64,000 nt of DNA from an uncultured Acidobacteriota bacterium (GCA_963804995.1 CAWDSK010000003.1:640001-704000); one strand, 5' to 3'; numbered from the stretch's first letter, positions 41,801 to 51,684 are shown. Numbers and translations: made by a program. The notes: generated from the letters alone by a model not told the origin.

Positions 41801-42136
41801 TATGGCAGCCTGCACCTCCTGCTCGGCCACATCAATAGCCAGAGAGAGATTAAACTGCAGCACGATGACGGAAGTGCCTCCGGAGCTGGTGGAGGTCATC
41901 TGGCTCAAGCCCTGCAGTTGGCCGAATTGACGCTCCAGGGGCGCCGTCACCGTCGTCGCCATCACCGTGGGGCTGGCGCCGGGATAAAACGTGAGCACCT
42001 GAATGGTGGGATAATCGACTTCCGGCAATGCGGAAACCGGCAGTTGTGTATAGCCAACCAGACCGACCAAGAGGATGGCAGCCATCAGCAAAGCCGTGGC
42101 TACCGGTCGCAAGATAAACGGACGAGATGGACTCAC
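38813..42136 (-). CDS. mdtB: RND permease, MdtB-like, with Ser/Ala-rich insertion
   Basis: MSPSRPFILRPVAT.LLM, LPVSALPEVDYPTIQV.T.YPGASP. Confidence 0.9.
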   Translation of the reverse strand: MSPSRPFILRPVATALLMAAILLVGLVGYTQLPVSALPEVDYPTIQVLTFYPGASPTVMATTVTAPLERQFGQLQGLSQMTSTSSGGTSVIVLQFNLSLAIDVAEQEVQAAINASQSLLPSILPAPPTYSKTNPADAPVLTLAITSNSMPLSQVEDLVDTRLAPKISQLNGVGLVTISGGQKPAVRIQANPTAMSSYGINLEDLRTALTNASVNAAKGNFDGPRQDYQIDANDQLVTSDDYGKVVVAYRNGAPVMLTDVARIVNGVENNNQAAWMNQTPAVILNVQRQPGANTISVVKSIKGLMPQLEANLPTGILVTTLTDLTTAIEASVSDVEFELLLTVGLVVLVIFLFLRSLYATIIPSVAVPLSLVGTFAAMYVLGYSLDNLSLMALTISTGFVVDDAIVMIENIARYIEAGDPPMEAALKGAEQIGFTILSLTVSLIAVLIPLLFMGDVVGRLFREFAVTLAVTIIVSAVVSLTLTPMMSARILRHEPKEKQGRVYRATERAFEGMIAFYGRTLKFVLRFQTVTLLVAVATLLLTVFLYIVIPKGFFPVQDTGVIQGITQAPPAISSQAMAKKQLEITKAVLDDPAVESVSSFIGADGTNVTTNSGRMSINLKPLDQRNISASDLIRRLNSRVSQVQGIQLFMEPVQNITVDDRVSRTQYQYALEDPDANELNDWTNRFVDRLKQLPELEDVATDQQLGGLAVSLVIDRVTASRLGIAPSTIDNTLYDAFGQRQISTMYTQVNQYHVVLESEPQFQKNPNKLNQLYIQSNASSGASGAGASSSFASSGSSSAGSNALTTSALYTPAANTLAPPLNALSASTSTATSSKGAGSAGTTSSATSSAVPLSAFAHFENTTEPLAITHQGQFPAITVSFNLAPNAALGNAITAVDKAQKDMHMPPSLQAGFQGTAASFTNSLANEPLLILAALVTVYIVLGVLYESFIHPITILSTLPSAGVGAFLALLLFHQDLSVVAIIGIVLLIGIVKKNGIMMVDFALEGERKHGKNATDAIYDACLLRFRPIMMTTMAALLAGLPLALGTGYGSELRRPLGIAMVGGLLLSQALTLYTTPVIYIFFDNLAQRFAHKSNPPETGGAELAGPA

Positions 42137-43362
42137 TGCGCGTTGCTCCCGCTCGTTTTGGCCGTGACAGGCTTGTTCGAAATGACCACCGCAGCTTTGT
42201 CCTGCAACTTATCGAAGCTGCTGTTGGCGACAACGTCTCCAGGGTTGATGCCTTCAACCTGCGTTACACCGCCGTTGGTAACCCCCGGCGTTACGCTGCG
42301 CATGTGAGCGAAATTGTTTTGAATCAAATAGACAAACGACGCTTGCCCATTCTGTTGAATGGCTGATGACGGAATCAGCGTCACTCCCTCCAGCGTATTC
42401 ACCAGCAGGCGCGTGTTTACAAACTGGTTCGGAAAGAGTGCATCATTGGTGTTGGCAAAGAGTGCTCGCCCTTTTACGGTCCCCGTCGTCGTGTCAATCT
42501 GGTTGTCGAGCGTCAACAGCGCCCCGCTGGCAATCTTCGTCTGCGCAGTGCGATCAAAGGCATCGACGGGGAGCTTAGCCTTCGCGTTCAGGCGGGCTTC
42601 AACCTGGCCCAGACTGTCTTCCGGTATGGTGAAAATAACGGTGATGGGCTCGAACTGCGTAATGACGGCGAGGGTTACGTTTCCACCAGACTGCACCACG
42701 TTGCCCGGATCCACCAGCCGTAAACCCACGCGGCCGGCGATGGGAGCAGTGATATGGCAGTAGTCCACCTGAATCTGGTCAAATTGCACCGTTCCCTGGT
42801 CGTTTTTTACTGTGCCCTCGTACTGCAGGACAAGCTTTTCCTGGTCGTCCAAGGTTTGCTTGGCAATGGCGTTGCGTGCCCACGCGGCACGGTAGCGTTC
42901 AAGGTCCATCTGTGCTTGGGCGAGCAGATTCTGGTCTCGCTCCAGCGTCCCTTGCGCTTGTAAGAGCATGGCGCGGTACGGACGCGAATCGATGTCAACC
43001 AGCGGATCGCCCTTACTTACCCGCTGACCCTCCGTATAATGCACGGCAACGACCAGGCCATTCACCTGGCTGGTAATCGAATCGGTATAGACCGGGGTGA
43101 CTGTGCCGATGGCGTCAAGGTAGACGCCGATGTTACCCTTTTGAGCCGTCGCACTCGTAATGGTGATCCCCGGCGCGGCAGGGCGTGCGGCCGCCGCTTT
43201 TTTGGCTTCCTCGTGGTGGTGCAAGACCAGCAGGAGCGGAACCGCCACGATCAGGAGCAGCAGGATCCACATGACGACGTGCAGACCCTTATGTCGGGGA
43301 ACAAAGGCCGGGAGTTGATGGTCAGGGCTGATGGCGGAATGCTCGTTAATGTCAGCGGTCAA
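42133..43362 (-). CDS. mdtA: RND membrane-fusion protein, MdtA-like
   Basis: ITAPIAGRVGLRLVDPGN, LDNQIDTTTGTVK, LFPNQFVN. Confidence 0.9.
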   Translation of the reverse strand: MTADINEHSAISPDHQLPAFVPRHKGLHVVMWILLLLIVAVPLLLVLHHHEEAKKAAAARPAAPGITITSATAQKGNIGVYLDAIGTVTPVYTDSITSQVNGLVVAVHYTEGQRVSKGDPLVDIDSRPYRAMLLQAQGTLERDQNLLAQAQMDLERYRAAWARNAIAKQTLDDQEKLVLQYEGTVKNDQGTVQFDQIQVDYCHITAPIAGRVGLRLVDPGNVVQSGGNVTLAVITQFEPITVIFTIPEDSLGQVEARLNAKAKLPVDAFDRTAQTKIASGALLTLDNQIDTTTGTVKGRALFANTNDALFPNQFVNTRLLVNTLEGVTLIPSSAIQQNGQASFVYLIQNNFAHMRSVTPGVTNGGVTQVEGINPGDVVANSSFDKLQDKAAVVISNKPVTAKTSGSNAQ

Positions 43363-43612
43363 TCGGAATCTCCTTTTTCAGCTCCGAATCCCTCGCAGGG
43401 TACTGCTCGTGAGCGGCTCCGCAAGGTACAAAATCCCGGGCTGGTCAGTCCCGGGTCCCTAAAGGGAGCGGAACTTACCTAGCCGCAAAACAACCGCCTT
43501 GCCCCCCTTGATCCGCAGCCTGAATTACGGAAGAGACGGCGCAGGCATGGGCAACGCGCCGCGCAGAATCCCAAGCCTTCGAAGTAAGCTGAAACTCGAT
43601 GCACAAGCTCAG

Positions 43613-43656
43613 AATCTAAGCAACCCCAGAACGCCTGTCTGTTCACAATTGCTCAT
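43613..43656 (-). promoter_or_regulatory. CRP-geometry motif plus -10 (TAGATT) upstream of mdtA
   Basis: rc ATGAGCAATTGTGAACAGAC 43637-43656, 18-nt gap. Confidence 0.7.
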
Positions 43657-43821
43657 CTCGTAACATGCTCCACGTCGTGGCCGCGTGGGATGGGAGAACG
43701 ATGCGGGAGGGTGGGGGGGACGCTGATTCCGAACTATTCGTACAGGGCTAAAAATCTCAGCAAATTCACCGTTCGGCCCGGGCCAGCGCCGCTGGCCTCT
43801 GCGTTGTGCCACGGGCGTCCG

Positions 43822-43947
43822 AAGCTGTGAAAAAATACCATTTTCACCGCTGAGACGCTGAGACGCAGAGAAATGACCCTTTGTTTTCAAACCTCTGCGC
43901 CTCCGCGTCTCCGCGGTGAAAGGTTTGATGGGATTTTTTCACAGCTT
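43822..43947. mobile_element. MITE-like inverted-repeat element
   Basis: AAGCTGTGAAAAAAT ... ATTTTTTCACAGCTT ends enclosing TTTTCACCGC..AGACGC..AG.CGCAGAG inverted arms. Confidence 0.6.
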
Positions 43948-44524
43948 TTCCTGCCCGTGCCTGGAGTTTCTACATTTGAAATGAGAGGTCTAATCCCCCT
44001 CCGAAAGGGCGGCCCGCTTCTTGGATCTACCGCCCTCGGTCGCCGCGGCGACAGAGGGTGGACCGCCGCCGGCGCACTTATCAGCCGGGGCGGGACGGGT
44101 GAGGGGGTCTAAGCCGTGAGTATCGGAGATAGGATGAAATCCGCACCTCCCCGCCGCAAGATTCGGTCGTTGGCGCGCCGCGTAGCGCAACCCGATCGAG
44201 CGCGCGTCGCCCCCACCGAAACCGAGCCAGCGGCAGGGGGCTGGCTGCATCGTTCTGGAAGCGCCGGAGAGGTGGGTGGAGAAAGTGCTGCGCGGGGTAG
44301 GGTCCGTGCCGGAGGTCTTGGCAGGAGGGGGTGCCGGGGAGCGCGTCGAGCCTGGACCCCCTCACCCGGCCCGCCCCGGCTGGTGAAAGCGCCGGTTGCG
44401 GTCCACCCTCTGTCGCCGCGGCGACCGAGGGCAGAGATTCTTGTATTGTGCATTTTGAAAATGTACAAACTCCAGACACGGGCATCCTGCCCGTGCCGAT
44501 CCATGGCCAAGATGGCCATGGCAC

Positions 44525-44634
44525 AGCTCTTGGTTGCGGCTCTGCCGCCTGGAGCATAATTTTGACAAGCTTGCCACGAGCTCTTGGTTGCGGCTCTGCC
44601 GCCTGGAGCATAATTTTGACAAGCTTGCCACGAG
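44525..44634. repeat. Exact 54-bp tandem duplication
   Basis: AGCTCTTGGTTGCGGCTCTGCCGCCTGGAGCATAATTTTGACAAGCTTGCCACG x2. Confidence 0.9.
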
Positions 44635-44658
44635 GGGTGCCCCTACGACGTGCTGGGG

Positions 44659-45441
44659 TCAGGGAGCGCTGCTAAAGGCACTGCGGTCAGGCGGAATTGT
44701 GGCGAAATCCTGCGTGATGTAAAGACTACGATTCGGCCCTGGCACGATCCCAATTCCCACGTCAGTGTACCTGGCGTTTAGGATGTTGGAGCGATGATTG
44801 ATCTGGAAACGCGGCTCGTTCATCAAGGCGGCTTCGGCGGCAGCGACGGTTCCATCGATGGCAATATTTTCTCCCAGCGCCCGCCAGGAGATTCCGGCCG
44901 CGTTTATTCGCGCCGATAGGGGCCTTCCCTGCCCGTCAACATGGTCAAAGAATCCTTGCTCGACCATTTCGCGGGAATGCGCTCGCGCCACCGCCGCCAG
45001 CTTCTCGTTCCACCGGAGGGGTTGCGCCCGGCCACTCGTCTCGGCGGAGGTCGCGGGATCCAGGCGGTCGCGATTGACCAGCGCCCACATCTGCCGTTCC
45101 AAATCAGCCAGGCGGTTTGTACCGAATTGTTGCCGGGAAGCTGTTCCACCGGGAACCACCATGGGGAAGCTGGGATACGGACTGACGGGATGCCACACAC
45201 TCGAATGACCTGGCGCCGCCCCGGAGGCGCTATTCGGTTCGCCGAAGTGATGCCATTCGCTCGATTTGACGGGTTTCTTCTTCGACGGGTCGGGCGTTGC
45301 CTGGACTTTGGTTTGCGGGGGCGTGGCCGGGTCAGGCTTCGCGGAGGTTTGAGCCTGGCCTGGACCCGCACAGGCCAGGCTTACAGCCCACAAGAGCCCA
45401 GCGCATACAACCACCGGCCGATAAAGGGAAACGACTTTCAT
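44659..45441 (-). CDS. CAP (SCP) domain secreted protein
   Basis: LVN.DR, L.WN..L..VAR.HS.EM, GENIA, HR.NILN, VGIG, YITQDF. Confidence 0.88.
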   Translation of the reverse strand: MKVVSLYRPVVVCAGLLWAVSLACAGPGQAQTSAKPDPATPPQTKVQATPDPSKKKPVKSSEWHHFGEPNSASGAAPGHSSVWHPVSPYPSFPMVVPGGTASRQQFGTNRLADLERQMWALVNRDRLDPATSAETSGRAQPLRWNEKLAAVARAHSREMVEQGFFDHVDGQGRPLSARINAAGISWRALGENIAIDGTVAAAEAALMNEPRFQINHRSNILNARYTDVGIGIVPGPNRSLYITQDFATIPPDRSAFSSAP

Positions 45442-45522
45442 AATCCAACATTATCTTGGATGCGATTTAACTAACCGATGTCGCTATACTTTCCGCGCCG
45501 GTTCCGGATTTTTCCGGGGCCT

Positions 45523-46269
45523 CTACGGAATCGTTTGCGGGGGCGCCAGCCGTGTTCCGGGCGTGATGATGACTTCGCCGGTTGACCTCAGGCAGACCTC
45601 GTACACACGGTCGGGCTCCAGCCGCATGTAGGGCGCGTCGCCATGGATAGCCCGCACGCCGCGCTCCTTCGCTAACTTCTGGTCATTGGCAAGTTCCCAG
45701 AAGCGTTTCCAAAGATCCTTCTCGAAGGCAGTGGGGGCTTGCTGCTCGGCGTAGGCCTCGGGGGCCTGCCCCTCGACGTCGATGACGAACCCATCTTCGG
45801 GCCGCATGGTGTTGGAGAAGATCCGCCGCAACAGCATGAGCGCCCGGCCTTTGAAGGGGTCGCCCTCCTCGATGAAGTGGTCGTCAAACTTGATCACCAG
45901 AGTGTCAAAATAGAATTCCTGCCCCGGCAGAGTCAGCTCTCGGGAGACACTCATCGGCTTGCCGGTGTCGTCAATCTCGGTGAACCGGATGGTAGTTTGC
46001 AGGTTCCCCTGCTGGTCCTTGGACTGCCGTAGAACCTCGATGCGAGCCCGGCGGTCGATGCGCTTCAGGATCTTCAGGTAGGCCTCAAGGCGCTGCTTCT
46101 CTTGCTCGAGCTTGAGAATGGTCTCTTTCTGCTCGTTGATCTGGTCCTGCAGTGCCCGTTGCGGTTTGACAACCAGTTCATAGGCCAGATAGATCCCGGC
46201 GGCGGCGACCGCGACCAACACTACGGACCAGACAAACAACCGAACGGGAAAATGACGGTCGTTGCCCAT
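45523..46269 (-). CDS. Membrane-anchored coiled-coil hypothetical protein
   Basis: N-terminal TM, coiled coil, globular domain; GAGGG RBS. Confidence 0.75.
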   Translation of the reverse strand: MGNDRHFPVRLFVWSVVLVAVAAAGIYLAYELVVKPQRALQDQINEQKETILKLEQEKQRLEAYLKILKRIDRRARIEVLRQSKDQQGNLQTTIRFTEIDDTGKPMSVSRELTLPGQEFYFDTLVIKFDDHFIEEGDPFKGRALMLLRRIFSNTMRPEDGFVIDVEGQAPEAYAEQQAPTAFEKDLWKRFWELANDQKLAKERGVRAIHGDAPYMRLEPDRVYEVCLRSTGEVIITPGTRLAPPQTIP

Positions 46270-46400
46270 AGGACCCTCAACTTCAAAAGGAATAACTTTG
46301 AACTACTGAATCCGATGACTGGAACTCACCTTACGGTCGGCACAGGAAACAGGGGCAGGTTACTTTAATCTGGCGGCGAAAGTCCACGGAATACTGTGAC

Positions 46401-46513
46401 TGGTACTGGTTCAGTTTGCTGACGTAGCGGCGGGTTTACCCCGCCATCGATCGAGTTATCTCAACGTACAATGGCGGGGTAAACCCGCCGCTACGTCAAA
46501 CTGCACCAGTACC
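46401..46513. mobile_element. TIR-bounded cassette with an inverted GTAG-REP pair
   Basis: GGTACTGGTTCAGTTTG..TGACGTAGCGGCGGGTTTACCCCGCCAT ... ATGGCGGGGTAAACCCGCCGCTACGTCAAACTGCACCAGTACC. Confidence 0.65.
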
Positions 46514-46878
46514 CTGTGACTCCTTGGGGTGTCCCTGAGCGCCGACGGACGCTTAAGGACACCCCTTGTTGCCGAGTCTTCTCATCGTTCCGCGCGGGGC
46601 AAGTGAGCCCCGCTTCTCAGTCATCGATCACTGCTCGTCCTTCTTTAATTCCGAATCCCTCACGCCTTACGGCGCAGGTACGTGGACAACCTCCGGATAG
46701 AATCCAGCCCGGCTATCTCCAATGGGGCTGTATCAGAAGTTCCTGCGGCTAACGGCAACTTGGGGACGCGCGACCAAGAGCCTCTTCAGGATTGCGGCAG
46801 CGCCGGTCCGGACCGCGCATTTCGTGGTCCGGACGGCGGCGCAGGCGCAAGGGTGAGTCACTGCGTTGCGAGTCCGTG

Positions 46879-47763
46879 CTACTTGCCTACCCTAGGTGGT
46901 AGCGTAACAGTGTCGGCGGCAGCGAATGTAACGTCGGTTAGCGCCAGCGCTCTGCCGATCAGCACTGTGCCCCCAGACGGCGCCGTAAACGTAACGCTGG
47001 TACTGGACAAGATGTTTCCTTCGAATGCATAGTTCGAATTCAGCGTAGCTTGAGTGGTTTGCCAAAAGACGTTGGCCGCCTGGGCGCCGCCTTCCAGGAC
47101 AACCTCGCCGCCAGGGGTAGGGTTTACAATCAGTCCGCCCGCAATCTGGAAGATGTAGACGCCATTGCCATTCAGATAGACAGGCCCCGATACGGTAACC
47201 ACGCCGGAGTTCTTATACACGCCAGGGGTGATGGTCAATCCGCTCAACTCTGATGCGAGTGTGCAGTTTTGGCCCGCTGGGCATGGCCGTCCAGCGGCGT
47301 CATTAATGGCGATTTTCAAGGAGGCTGCCGCGTGTTTTGCGGCAGAAGATTCTGGGCCAGTATCGCTGTCGTCTATCGTTCCATTCACTATTCCTGCCCC
47401 ACCATCCTCCTCGAAAAACCCAGTGACCGAAGGGATTAAAGACCCAAGATCCCCGGTAATAACGGTGGCGGCGGTGGGGACGTTGGTAACCCCGGTTCCG
47501 CCGAAAACCGCGAACGGCGCGGCCGATCCGAGATTTACAGGCTGCAGGGTCGGCGGCGGCGTCTTCTTGCCTGCAAACGCCAAGCAAACAGCGAACGCCG
47601 CACAGAGAAGAAAGGAGCCGAGTTTCTTCATGGAATCACGCTTCATTCGACCGATGCCGGTGATGCCCGTGTGGTTGGTTGGCGCCGGAACGCCGGCCCT
47701 GATTCGTCTCATGCCGGCGTTCTCAAGGTTCGCGCCGGGAAAAAGCTCAAATAGTTTGCTCAT
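46879..47763 (-). CDS. Ice-binding-like protein (DUF3494)
   Basis: VNLGSAA.FAV.GG..VTN, ITGDLG, L.G.T.TPGVY, VYIFQI, GAQAANVFWQ, F.GNIL, GRALA; AAGGAGG RBS at 47763 (alternative start 47631). Confidence 0.88.
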   Translation of the reverse strand: MSKLFELFPGANLENAGMRRIRAGVPAPTNHTGITGIGRMKRDSMKKLGSFLLCAAFAVCLAFAGKKTPPPTLQPVNLGSAAPFAVFGGTGVTNVPTAATVITGDLGSLIPSVTGFFEEDGGAGIVNGTIDDSDTGPESSAAKHAAASLKIAINDAAGRPCPAGQNCTLASELSGLTITPGVYKNSGVVTVSGPVYLNGNGVYIFQIAGGLIVNPTPGGEVVLEGGAQAANVFWQTTQATLNSNYAFEGNILSSTSVTFTAPSGGTVLIGRALALTDVTFAAADTVTLPPRVGK

Positions 47764-48025
47764 GTAATCCTCCTTATCGATGCCTCCTGAATGATGCCCA
47801 CTCCCGTAGAAGTGGGGGATTCGGACTGACTCGCCTCAGTGATGGCAGGATCGTTCCCCGCTCTCCATCGCATGCGGCCACAAAAACGACCTGTAGGAGT
47901 GCCATAAACCACCGTCTGCTGACTTCACCTTGTGCCCATTCATGACATCTCGGATGGGTCAGATGGCCTCTCCCCCCGGGCTCGGCAACACCGCAAACCT
48001 TAACGATGCCAACCCCGATTGAGGC

Positions 48026-48092
48026 ATCCTAATTAAGTCAGGTCCTGCCTGTCTGCTCACAAGAGAACATCCATTTGTTCAAAACTGCACAT
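48026..48092 (-). promoter_or_regulatory. Degenerate doublet motif plus -10 (TAGGAT) upstream of the DUF3494 gene
   Basis: rc ATGTGCAGTTTTGAACAAAT 48073-48092 and ATGTTCTCTTGTGAGCAGAC 48051-48070; 19-nt gap. Confidence 0.55.
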
Positions 48093-48880
48093 CCCTATTG
48101 TGTCGGGACAACTACAGTGGGGGGCCAGCGGAATCGACCGATGCTTCGGCCTGGAAATAGGTACGAGTGCGATGGCTGGGTAGCCGGGGAAGGGATAATT
48201 CAAGGCCACGGTGTGACCGCAGGGTTGCGCAATTTTAAGCGCAGAGCGGTGGAGTCGCAACCAAACGAGAATCATAGCCCTCTCCCCGGGGGAGAGGGTG
48301 GACCGCGGCCGGCGTTTTTACCAGCCGGCGCGGGACGGGTGAGGGGTCACTTTCGGGAAGTGGCACAATATTCTCGCTAAGAAAACAAGAATCGACGGTA
48401 ATGCATTGGAGAGGAATCCCGCTGGGCGCGGGATTACTCTGCGGTGCAAGTCCGCAATTCCCTGTTTTCTTGGCAAGGATTCTATGCCATTTGTGGTATT
48501 ACGAATATAAGAATGGCCCGATCGCTTGCTTGCGCCCCGCCGCTCTGTGCCACCTGCATTCAAATGCCGTTTCTAATATGGCGAGATTTGGCGCGCGAGC
48601 CGGAGGTGGCAATCTGCACGTCCGACCGGGCGAGGGGTGAGAAGGTTGGGCTCGGCATGGCCTGCTGTCCCATTCTACCTTTATAGGCCCACGACTTCGT
48701 CAATGTGGGACAGTCCCACATGTTGCTCTCCGCGGGGCATAGCGGGCGTTGTCCCACCTAATTTCCCAACTTCATGCGTTTTCTTCCTATGACTTTTCAT
48801 GGGCGAATCCGTCACGCTAAGCTTCCGCCAAAACGGTTCCCGGGCCGACCGATGAGCAAGCTAAGCGCAAGTCGGGTTCC

Positions 48881-50044
48881 TCACAGAGGAGCAGAAGCGT
48901 CAGGCGCTATCACTGCGGGAGGGGCCTTGGTTAACAACTGCCGGTACACGATTCGCAAAGCAGCGAGCACCGGGACTGAAAGAAAGCAGCCGGCTATACC
49001 CGCGATCGAGCCGCCCGCCAGGACTCCGAAGATGATCAGTAAAGGATGCAGCTTCATGCCGGCGCTGAGCAAATGCGGTGACACCACATAATCCTGTAAG
49101 AAACGGAACGCGAGAAGGAACACGAAGACTGCGAGCAGGTGGTGGGAACCGCTTAAACCCGCAACGAGCAAAACGATGATGGCTCCGGCAAGAGGACCCA
49201 CCATGGGAATAAATTCCAGGGGAAAAGCGACAGCCGCCAACAGAATCCCATACGGAATGCCGACCATCGAGAAGAAGAGTCCATATGCCAAAGATGCCAC
49301 GACACCCAACAACACCAACGCTCGCATATACTGTGCCAGCAGCACGTGCAGGTCAGCGGCAATTCTCTCCACCATGTCGTGGCGGGCTCCTGCGGCAAGA
49401 ATGCCCAGGATGGAATTGCGCATCTCACGCCCATCTTTCAGGAAGAAGAAACTGAGAATCGGAACCAGGATAATGAAGATAAGGTTTCCGGCGTGCGAGA
49501 TGACCCCCAAGGCGGCATTCGAAAGCAGCGCCAGGATATCTCGCGAATGATTGGCCAGTTGCTGTTGCAGCGTTGAGATGACCGTGATTTTCGGCGGCAG
49601 TGAGGCGGGTGAAAAGGGGGGCAGGATCGGAGGCTGGAATTTCAAAAGGAGCTCAGGAAGCCTGGCCGCCAATGCGTTTGCCTCCTGGACTACACGAGAG
49701 CCGATCACAATTCCAATGACAATCAGGAACCCAACTATCGAGAGGTAAACGAGGGTGAGCGCCGGCACCTTTGACCGGCCCGGTAGCCGCCGATCGAGAA
49801 ACTTGACCAGCGGCCAGAGCAGATAGGCGAACAGTAGTGCCACGACAAAGATGAATATAGTTTCGCGAATCAGATAAAGCAGTGCCACCAGGAGGAGGAC
49901 AATAACTGCTGTCCAGGTGCAGCGCGCGGCACGACGATCAAGACCCAGCAAGATTCTGCTCCTTCCGCCACCTGGCGTGGCCTCGGTCACAAGGCTCCGG
50001 CCTAGCCCGTTGCCCCGCCAGGCCGCTCTCAGCCCAACCGGCAA
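48881..50044 (-). CDS. AI-2E family transporter (start uncertain)
   Basis: FAYLLWPLV..L, PILSFFFLKDG, EFIP.VGP, LHPLLIIFGVL.GG. Confidence 0.88.
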   Translation of the reverse strand: MPVGLRAAWRGNGLGRSLVTEATPGGGRSRILLGLDRRAARCTWTAVIVLLLVALLYLIRETIFIFVVALLFAYLLWPLVKFLDRRLPGRSKVPALTLVYLSIVGFLIVIGIVIGSRVVQEANALAARLPELLLKFQPPILPPFSPASLPPKITVISTLQQQLANHSRDILALLSNAALGVISHAGNLIFIILVPILSFFFLKDGREMRNSILGILAAGARHDMVERIAADLHVLLAQYMRALVLLGVVASLAYGLFFSMVGIPYGILLAAVAFPLEFIPMVGPLAGAIIVLLVAGLSGSHHLLAVFVFLLAFRFLQDYVVSPHLLSAGMKLHPLLIIFGVLAGGSIAGIAGCFLSVPVLAALRIVYRQLLTKAPPAVIAPDASAPL

Positions 50045-50108
50045 CTATGTGCGTGGGGCCTTCCACATTTGGGGATCTGCGCCGTTGGGGCGCACTGAGA
50101 AACCCCGG

Positions 50109-50241
50109 CTAGTGTAGGGCGCCGCAAATCGCGGCACATATGATTGTCAGGGTCAACGTCGTAGCGCTGAGCTTTAGCTCAGCACATGCCGACCTGAAGG
50201 TCGGAGCTACAAGCACCACTACTTGCGACACAGTACACTAG
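50109..50241. mobile_element. CTAG-ended imperfect-TIR element carrying a GTAG-REP pair
   Basis: CTAGTGTAGGGCGCCGCAAAT vs rc CTAGTGTACTGTGTCGCAAGT; the right CTAG contains the stop of the adjacent gene. Confidence 0.55.
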
Positions 50242-50678
50242 GCAGTTGCAACTTTTTCATTCTCAGGGCGGCTCACGTTGGTAGCGGCGCCATGGACCCC
50301 GCTCATCCAAGTGCCGGCCTCGGTAAGTTCATCTCCGGTGGGAGGGTCGATCAGAGCCAGCCCCTCCGGGCATGCGCCGGCCGGACGCGTGAACTGATCC
50401 TGGTTCATCAGGATGAAGTCAAGGGCCAGACCTAACGGTTGAGAATGGAATTTGTCCTTGAAACCTATTCCGCTGGGGTGGGCCGAAGAAGTCCACGTCC
50501 AGTAGTCGCACACCATCTTCTGATGACCCTCGGCATCAACCGACCAGACGCTCAGGTAATCCACCGCCGCTCCAACCGCACTTTGGTATTCCACACGAGC
50601 GGAACAGGGGTCGCTGACTTTCTTCAAGTCATCCCAGCCTAGAATCACTGCAAACCCCAGTGCCTTGTTCAATTCCAT
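50238..50678 (-). CDS. Hypothetical protein
   Basis: GAGGGAG RBS before MELNKALG; follows the upstream gene closely. Confidence 0.6.
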   Translation of the reverse strand: MELNKALGFAVILGWDDLKKVSDPCSARVEYQSAVGAAVDYLSVWSVDAEGHQKMVCDYWTWTSSAHPSGIGFKDKFHSQPLGLALDFILMNQDQFTRPAGACPEGLALIDPPTGDELTEAGTWMSGVHGAATNVSRPENEKVATA

Positions 50679-50701
50679 GTAGATTCTCCCTCTTGAACGA
50701 A

Positions 50702-51565
50702 TCACTTCAGTGGCTTTGGATTCACGCCGTGGCGAAGAGGCCGGCCAGGCATCGGCTCCAAGAAGCTTGGTGGGGCCGAAGCCGCGGCAGCAACCAGTTC
50801 GCTGATCTGATATTTCACGTCGCGCGAAACCATCGTGGAACGCCCGAGTATCCGGACGTTGGCCACGGCCTCCGAGGCTATCTGCAGCCACATTCCGCTC
50901 ACGTCGCCGTATACAAACGTAACGCTCACCTCCCGCACCCACCAAGACGGGGTCTTGGCGGTCTCGCCCTCGAAGCGGCGAAGCAGGTAGGTGTTCGCAT
51001 CAACCCAAACGTCGCCATGGAGCAGATGTTTCTCTTTGCGCCGGGGAAGCAACTCCAGCACGTAGCAGCGCTGGCCACTTACCTCTGCCTCGCGAATGAA
51101 GCGAAAATCATAGTTGTCCGCCGACAAGTCGGTTGAGACGTGATCCTTGGTGACCTCTGCCTCATTTGCCAGCATGCGGCGAACAATGACTTGCCCCAGT
51201 CCGCTCCCGTTCGTCTCCTGAATGGTGTACATCTTGGAGTCCGGAGGAACGAAGGCTACATCCGCAATCACCTCGGACTTGGCCTTGCTTGCTTCGTTGC
51301 CAAACAACTGGTAGTTCCGCGTCACGATGTAAGGCCGCAGACGGGCACGGTTCTCCGCCCGGGCCTGCGCCATGCGGGCGATGATGGTTTCCGTGGTGGG
51401 GACAGAGTCCCCGGCCTGAGGCGATGCGGCTGCCATTCCTGCGAATAAATAGAGAAAAAGCAACCACCCGGCTGGTTGCCCCGCCGCCACGCAGAAAGGC
51501 CTTCGTCCCGCTTCACGGATTTTGAACCAAAAGTTTTGCGGCAAGGGCGCACCCTCCGCGATCAA
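50702..51565 (-). CDS. Secreted LolA/outer-membrane lipoprotein-sorting-like protein (start uncertain)
   Basis: Signal region; NYDF......V.G..CYVLEL.PRRK...L..G.VWVDA..Y. Confidence 0.65.
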   Translation of the reverse strand: MIAEGAPLPQNFWFKIREAGRRPFCVAAGQPAGWLLFLYLFAGMAAASPQAGDSVPTTETIIARMAQARAENRARLRPYIVTRNYQLFGNEASKAKSEVIADVAFVPPDSKMYTIQETNGSGLGQVIVRRMLANEAEVTKDHVSTDLSADNYDFRFIREAEVSGQRCYVLELLPRRKEKHLLHGDVWVDANTYLLRRFEGETAKTPSWWVREVSVTFVYGDVSGMWLQIASEAVANVRILGRSTMVSRDVKYQISELVAAAASAPPSFLEPMPGRPLRHGVNPKPLK

Positions 51566-51684
51566 TCCCCGGGTCTTCGGCCCCGAATAACCCTAACCAA
51601 AACTACTGCCACAGCCGGCACACCCTGAAGTAGCACTAGAAATAGAATGTTGCCAGCCGCAAAGATTTGGCCTGTTCGGCCGCC

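Noticed and set aside
47764..48025. Riboswitch in the DUF3494 leader
   Set aside because: Hairpins are possible but no recognisable aptamer consensus; an Rfam/Infernal scan would decide
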